DNA from: Candidatus Marinacidobacterales bacterium
GTDB lineage: Bacteria > Acidobacteriota > Vicinamibacteria > Marinacidobacterales > SMYC01
NCBI GenBank assembly: GCA_965224085.1
Contig: CBDCYI010000011.1
Location: forward strand, 1,472,001 to 1,536,000
Length of the DNA: 64,000 nucleotides
Direction of reading: 5' to 3'
The notes under the pieces were generated by a model, which was given only the letters and a program-made list of their open reading frames with translations, was not told the origin of the DNA and did no database searches. This document shows, in pieces, positions 58,900-64,000 of this stretch (position 1 is the first letter of the stretch; the number at the start of each line of letters is the position of its first letter). A program made the position numbers and the translations under genes.

Positions 58900-59166
58900 A
58901 TGACCGCTATCGGTGGCATTCTCACGCTCGTTGCCAGCCTCGGAATGCTGGTTTTCGGTATCCAGATCCTCATCAAGGCTTTCCAACAGAGCATCTGGTG
59001 GGGCCTCGGCTACTTGTTCGTCCCGTTCGTCGGGCTCTTCTACATCATCATGTTCTGGGATAACGCCAAGAAGCCCTTCCTCTACTCGCTGGCCTGCGCT
59101 CCCGTTCTAGTGATCGGCATGGTCTTGGCGGGAGCTTTTAGCGGCGATTTGTCAGCCGGGATGTAG
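58900..59166 (+). CDS. Small membrane protein
   Basis: SD GGAGG; 3 TM; AFQQSIWWGLG..FVP...W..AKKPF. Confidence 0.8.
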   Translation: MTAIGGILTLVASLGMLVFGIQILIKAFQQSIWWGLGYLFVPFVGLFYIIMFWDNAKKPFLYSLACAPVLVIGMVLAGAFSGDLSAGM

Positions 59167-59670
59167 CTCAAGCAGCTTAACCGCCCTCACTGTCGAAGCG
59201 AACGGCGGCGGCGAACGAGCCGACCGCCCGGCGCGGTGGTGGTGGGGCGGTCGAGCTCAGGGAAGCAGATCTCGGGGCTTGATTTTCTACATCGCGCCAC
59301 GCGAGAGGCCGGTTCGCATCCTCTCGCACGTGACAATGTAGGAGCGGTAGCTCCCATCCTGTCCTTCGTCATGATTAATGGGCACGGGAACTCGGCGATG
59401 ACGAGGCGCAAGCGAGACGGTGCCGGCATCACGTCGACTGCGGTCGTGACGAATCGAAAGCGCACCCGGTCACGGTTTCGGGGCAGCTACTCTCTCGACC
59501 GGAAACCGTGCTACACAGCTTCCCGTCACTCTTAGCGGTGATGTCGGACGCGCGAATCTTGACGCGGGACAGCTCGATTGGCAGGCACGCGTGTCCCCGG
59601 GCCGATTCGGAAGTATGATGAACGGCGCGCCAGACCCGGGATCACAGCATGGGTTCTGGGGAGAGGGTAC

Positions 59671-60321
59671 ATGAAACGGTCGGCTTCACTTTTCGTAGCG
59701 TTGTTGTGGGTTGTAGCGGATGCCGCCGGCGAGGACGCGAATCGCTTCACGATGGCATTGACGGGAGATACCGAGATTACTCGCAAGCTGTCGGTATTTT
59801 CGGAGTTCGAGTTCCTGAAGATGGTCGGCATTTTGAGGAACGCCGACGTCGCGTTCACCAATCTGGAGCTCCTCCTACATGACTACGAAGGGTGGGCGGC
59901 AGCGGAAGCGGATGGTCCCTATCAGCGGGTCGATCCATCGCTCGTCGACGAGCTCGTGTGGTTGGGCATCGACATGGTGTCACACGCGAACAACCATGCC
60001 AAGGACTACGGCGTGACCGGAATGCGCGTGACGACGAAACATGTCCTGGCCGCCGGGCCCATGAACGCCGAGGCAGTGATTGCCGTTCCGGAATGGAGGA
60101 GCGGCGCGTTCCACGAGCTCCGCCTCTACCCCATCTCTCTCGGGCACGGGGAGCCGCGGACCGTCCGCGGGCGACCGATGCTCGCCGAGCCCACTCTGGC
60201 GAAGAAGATTCTCGATGACGTCGTCCGTTTCTCCGCGCCCTTTGGGACGCGTATAGAGATTCGGAACAACGTCGGGATCATTAGCGCGGGTGCCGCGGCC
60301 AGCGAAGGAGACGAGCCATGA
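59671..60321 (+). pseudogene. CapA/PgsA-family metallophosphoesterase with a large in-frame internal deletion (about 60057)
   Basis: ALTGD, FTNLE, SHANNHAKDYG, then jumps directly to C-terminal ELRLYPISLG...GRP. Confidence 0.75.
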
Positions 60322-62120
60322 TCCGACGACGCTTCTTAGTACTCACGACGTTGTGTCTCTCTGTAGCCGCTCCGGCACTCGCTCAGTACTACCGAGAGCA
60401 GAAAGAGGTCGTCGCTCGGAACGGAGTCGTTGCCTCGTGCGACGATCGTGCGACAGAAGAAGGTTTGCGTGTCTTGCAGGAGGGAGGCAACGCTATCGAT
60501 GCTGCCGTGACCATCGCTTTCCTCATGGCGGTGTACGAGCCCTACAATAGCAGGATCGGAGGACACGGCGGGCACATGGCCCTTTATCACGCGGAGACGG
60601 GCCAGTATCTGGCGATCGATGCTAGTGCTCGGGCGCCGGCCAAAGCCACCGCCAACATGTTCGAAGTCATCGAAGATCCACCGGGGCATCCGGGAGATCT
60701 TTGGCGTGTGAAGGTCAAGGACGACGCCAACCACACGGGCTATCGGGCGATGTTCGCTCCTTCCACCGTGGCCGGCTACTGGCATCTCGTTCAAAACTAC
60801 GCAACGCTATCGTGGCAGGAAGTACTCGCTCCGGCGATCCGTGTGGCGGAGGAGGGATTCATTGCCGACGAGTTGTACGTCCGCGCGGTGCGGGGAAGCG
60901 CGGCAACGCTCGAAAGGTTCCCCGGCTCACGCGACATGTACCTTCCCGGCGGCGAGCCGCCCGAAGTGGGCGACCGGGTCGTCTTCAAGGATCTGGCCGC
61001 GACTTTGCGCCGGCTTTCCGAAGGCGGGCTCGACCTTTTTTATCGAGGAGAGATCGCCGATCGGATCGTCGCTTACATCCAGGAGAACGGTGGCATTCTG
61101 ACCAAGGAAGATTTCACCAGCTACGAAGTCGAGGTCACTCCCCTTGTGGATACACAGTATCGGGGCCATACGATTCTCACTTATCCACAGCGATCGAACG
61201 GAGCCACGATCGCCGAGACGTTGAACATCCGCGCGTCGTTCGATCTTTATGGGATGGGCTTCAACACGACAGAGTCAATTCACGTCTTCATCGAGGCGCT
61301 CAAGCTCGCCTTTATCGACCGTTACGAGTACTCGGGCGACCGGGACCAGGTTCCCATACCGTATGACGGGATGATGTCCTGGGCGTACGGTCGGAAGCGT
61401 GCCAACGCTATCGACATGGCGAAGGCTTCGCTCTTCGAGTCCGGCGATCCGTGGAAATTCGAGGGGAGCGGCTACAAACTCTATCGAGAAACCGAGGGAT
61501 TCCACCGTGCTGGCCAAACGGCGGCGTCGCCTTCCGATGCGTTCCGCGGGAGCGGCGAGGAGGACACGACGTTTCTCTGTGCGGCGGATCGTCACGGAAA
61601 CCTGTTGCTCGTAACGTCCAGCCTGCTGCGAGGATTCGGGTCGAAGGTCACGGTACCGGGTCTCGGCATCACTCTTAACAGCTCGATGTATAGCCTCAGC
61701 CCGAAGCCAGGCCATCCGCAATCGATGGCTCCCTTCAAACGAACTTTGCGCAACAGTGGTCCGGTGATCGTGGTGAAGGAGGGCAGACCTTACATGATTC
61801 TCAGTGCGCCGGGAGGCCGGCGCATCATCACTGCGATCCTACGCACGCTTACGAACGTCATCGACTACCGGATGGGAATCCAGGCTGCCATCGATGCGCC
61901 GCGCGTCCATCACGAAGCCAATCTCTACGAGGTGTTCATGGAAGAGCGCATTCCCGAGGATGTCCGTCAGGAGCTCACGAGTATGGGGCACGAGATCGTC
62001 GTGCGCCCACCCTATTCCGGCGGCTTCGCTCTCATGCAGGCTATTCTCGTGGACCCGGTGACAGGCCTCAAGTTTGCCGGCTCGGATCCCCGGACCCACG
62101 GGGGCGCCCGGGGGTATTGA
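60318..62120 (+). CDS. ggt: Gamma-glutamyltransferase
   Basis: GGNAIDAAV, IGGHG, DTT nucleophile site, GITLNS, APGGRRI, GSDPR. Confidence 0.93.
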   Translation: MIRRRFLVLTTLCLSVAAPALAQYYREQKEVVARNGVVASCDDRATEEGLRVLQEGGNAIDAAVTIAFLMAVYEPYNSRIGGHGGHMALYHAETGQYLAIDASARAPAKATANMFEVIEDPPGHPGDLWRVKVKDDANHTGYRAMFAPSTVAGYWHLVQNYATLSWQEVLAPAIRVAEEGFIADELYVRAVRGSAATLERFPGSRDMYLPGGEPPEVGDRVVFKDLAATLRRLSEGGLDLFYRGEIADRIVAYIQENGGILTKEDFTSYEVEVTPLVDTQYRGHTILTYPQRSNGATIAETLNIRASFDLYGMGFNTTESIHVFIEALKLAFIDRYEYSGDRDQVPIPYDGMMSWAYGRKRANAIDMAKASLFESGDPWKFEGSGYKLYRETEGFHRAGQTAASPSDAFRGSGEEDTTFLCAADRHGNLLLVTSSLLRGFGSKVTVPGLGITLNSSMYSLSPKPGHPQSMAPFKRTLRNSGPVIVVKEGRPYMILSAPGGRRIITAILRTLTNVIDYRMGIQAAIDAPRVHHEANLYEVFMEERIPEDVRQELTSMGHEIVVRPPYSGGFALMQAILVDPVTGLKFAGSDPRTHGGARGY

Positions 62121-62214
62121 CCACGGGATAGACGCGATATTGATGAGGGACACCCTTTGCTTCAACGCGGAGTGAGACGACCTGGGGATGCTTCGCTCCA
62201 ATAGGCTCGGCTCG

Positions 62215-62265
62215 TTACGGTCGCGCCAGCTCCTCAATACGATGAAGCTTTCCCGCCCGCATGAC
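62215..62265 (-). pseudogene. Possible amidohydrolase C-terminal remnant
   Basis: VMRAGKLHRIEELARP* resembles an amidohydrolase terminus; abuts the lyase fragment. Confidence 0.35.
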
Positions 62266-62269
62266 ATGG

Positions 62270-62498
62270 CTGCGGATGGGATGCGAATATCCTTGAGGGC
62301 GCCCACGCCCGTGTTGAAAGCGTACATCTGCGGCGCGTCATCCCCCATCCACTCCCGTTCAATGAAGGCCCTCGTCTCCGACAGTTTCTTCCGTGTCTCG
62401 GGTGCGAGTAAAACTTCCATAAACGAGCCATCGTGAGGCCGCGACACGCGAGCCACATCGCGGATCGATACGCTTCGACCATCCAAACTCAAGCTCAT
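62270..62498 (-). pseudogene. Histidine/aromatic amino acid ammonia-lyase, N-terminal fragment
   Basis: SD GGAGGAG; LDGRSVSIRDVARV...MYAFNTGVGAL; ends after about 75 aa. Confidence 0.75.
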
Positions 62499-62533
62499 GA
62501 ACTCCTCCGAATCCTTGTTGATGAAGGGATAGC

Positions 62534-62622
62534 GAGCGCACGCGCTCTACCCTTCTGGAGCTCAAGGCCCTGGGCGTGCGTATTGCCTCGACGATTTCGG
62601 GACCGTGTATTCTCTCGCCTAC
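62534..62622 (+). pseudogene. Degraded EAL (c-di-GMP phosphodiesterase) fragment
   Basis: TLLELKALGVRIA(L)DDFGT(G)YS(S)LAY with several small deletions. Confidence 0.65.
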
Positions 62623-62687
62623 AATACCGCAAGCTTTAGCCGTGTCAGCGGCGACAACCCAAGAAAAGGCATGAGGTTGGCTGATGG

Positions 62688-63344
62688 CTACCGGCTATCC
62701 GGGCGTTCGCCGCGAGAGCGCGACGACGGAGCTCTGCACTTGTGGCCCGACGCAATCGCCGGGACTTCCTTTCTCCACCAGGGGTTACCGAAGTTGACGA
62801 ACGGACTGCCGTCGACGGAGATCTTGGCGCGCACTTTGAAGTTGAGCGGCGAGAAGAGAATCGTGGTCATCCGGATTTGAAGCGTCTTGCCTTTGTGCTC
62901 GAAAGGCGCGCTCTCGTAATAGATCGTGTAATAACCGCCGAGGTCGCCTCCAATGTGACCTGCTTTCAACATCGAAAACCCACGGCTATCGACTTCGTGG
63001 CGCGCCATGAACTTGTTGTCGGGGTTGTAGATCGTCGTCGACTTCGCGGTGAACGTGCCATTCGGCCCCGTCCCTTCGATTTCGCTTTCGAAAAAGCGGC
63101 CATCGAGTCCCGGCTTGAAGACCTCCGTTCCTGTGATGACGCCTCCCGGGCCGAACGGGCTCTCTGGCACGATCCACTCGAAATGCCACGCCCCGGTGAA
63201 ATACGCCTCGAAGTCGAAGACAGGAAGCGCGTCGTCTTTAGTGGTCGGCCTTCCGAGGTCGGGCATCTGCCCCCTGGGCAGGTCCTTTTTCGGCTGCTGG
63301 GAGGAAACGCTCAGCAGTAGGACGAGCGCGAGGACTCCCTTCAT
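62688..63344 (-). CDS. Secreted hypothetical protein (C-terminus may be read-through)
   Basis: Signal peptide; 218-aa ORF with host-like codon usage. Confidence 0.7.
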   Translation of the reverse strand: MKGVLALVLLLSVSSQQPKKDLPRGQMPDLGRPTTKDDALPVFDFEAYFTGAWHFEWIVPESPFGPGGVITGTEVFKPGLDGRFFESEIEGTGPNGTFTAKSTTIYNPDNKFMARHEVDSRGFSMLKAGHIGGDLGGYYTIYYESAPFEHKGKTLQIRMTTILFSPLNFKVRAKISVDGSPFVNFGNPWWRKEVPAIASGHKCRAPSSRSRGERPDSR

Positions 63345-63347
63345 CGA

Positions 63348-64000
63348 CTACTCCGAGTCCGTGTCGGTCTTCGTCAGATCTTGACTATCGATCGTGATCC
63401 GGATCTGCGGGCTGAACATCTCGTCCCAGCTTTGCTCCGCCCAATAGACCGGAAGATGAGGTCCCGGGTTATAGGGGTTATAGAGCGAGTTGTCGTAATG
63501 CGCCGTCGCCGTGAGCTTGCTTCCCGCCGGAATGCGCAGCGCCTCGGTGAGCTCGTAGTAGAGCTGCCACTCGAAGCTATAAGCCGGCACGTTCAAGATC
63601 ATTTCGTCGCGGCCGTCGGGGTAGGTCACGACGTACTTCATGTCCTTCCCGCGCAGATGCATGTGCGGCGACATGCCGTAGAGCGTGATGTCTTCCGGAA
63701 TCGGCTGCACCTGAACGATCTTCCAGTTATCCACATAAGGCGGGATGTTCGGAATGCGACCGCGCCGCCACTGCCCGTCTATGAGCTCCGGCGGAATCTC
63801 TTTGCCCTCGACGATATAGGTCTCCATTCGCGCCGAGCTGCGATTCAAGATCTCGTGCGTCACCGGCTTCGAGTTGAACCAGACGCCGAGCTCGGTCCGA
63901 TCGGTCATCGGCCGGCCGTTCGATTGGTAGTGCATGTTCCAGCGGATGTACTTTCCGGCGGGCACGCGTTTGCCCGTACCCGGGCGATGGCGCTCGAGTC
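63348..64000 (-). CDS. Copper type II monooxygenase-like (PHM-fold) domain protein, 5' end outside the window
   Basis: NMHY, PHMHLRGK, VPAYSFEWQLYY, HYDNS, WDEM. Confidence 0.75.
   Translation of the reverse strand, partial: LERHRPGTGKRVPAGKYIRWNMHYQSNGRPMTDRTELGVWFNSKPVTHEILNRSSARMETYIVEGKEIPPELIDGQWRRGRIPNIPPYVDNWKIVQVQPIPEDITLYGMSPHMHLRGKDMKYVVTYPDGRDEMILNVPAYSFEWQLYYELTEALRIPAGSKLTATAHYDNSLYNPYNPGPHLPVYWAEQSWDEMFSPQIRITIDSQDLTKTDTDSE

Noticed and set aside
59187-59670. Short ORFs between the membrane protein and capA
   Set aside because: No consistent frame or recognisable domain; probably decayed sequence

Overview
GC-rich (roughly 60-65% by eye) bacterial chromosome segment. The gene families suggest Acidobacteriota (Vicinamibacteria-like); this is an inference. 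Bases 1-53.7 kb are mostly core genes: pilT-recX-alaS, mobA, cutA, ftsB, rnc, iscS, hom, crp, tsaC, xerD, murJ, a Ser/Thr kinase/PP2C/FHA set, a transglutaminase-ABC operon and a 10-gene Mrp Na+/H+ antiporter operon with three MrpD-like subunits. Bases 53.7-64 kb are an eroded accessory region with several deletion-fused gene remnants around intact CehA/McbA-type hydrolase and ggt genes. Most notable: (1) a 189-bp MITE with 13-bp TIRs (CCCTAATCGCAAA) flanked by duplicated TTAA, inserted at codons 7-8 of pilT and supplying an in-frame SD+GTG restart; (2) a lower-GC, gammaproteobacterial-looking waaC between host genes; (3) an in-frame TGA followed by a SECIS-like hairpin in a transglutaminase gene; (4) a candidate sigma54-driven, GGA-rich structured RNA; (5) heptamer/octamer/decamer repeats, a G4 motif and a 16-bp duplication in intergenic gaps. 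Several single-base frameshifts may be sequencing errors. No tRNA, rRNA or CRISPR array was recognised. All family calls come from motif recognition by eye, not database searches.
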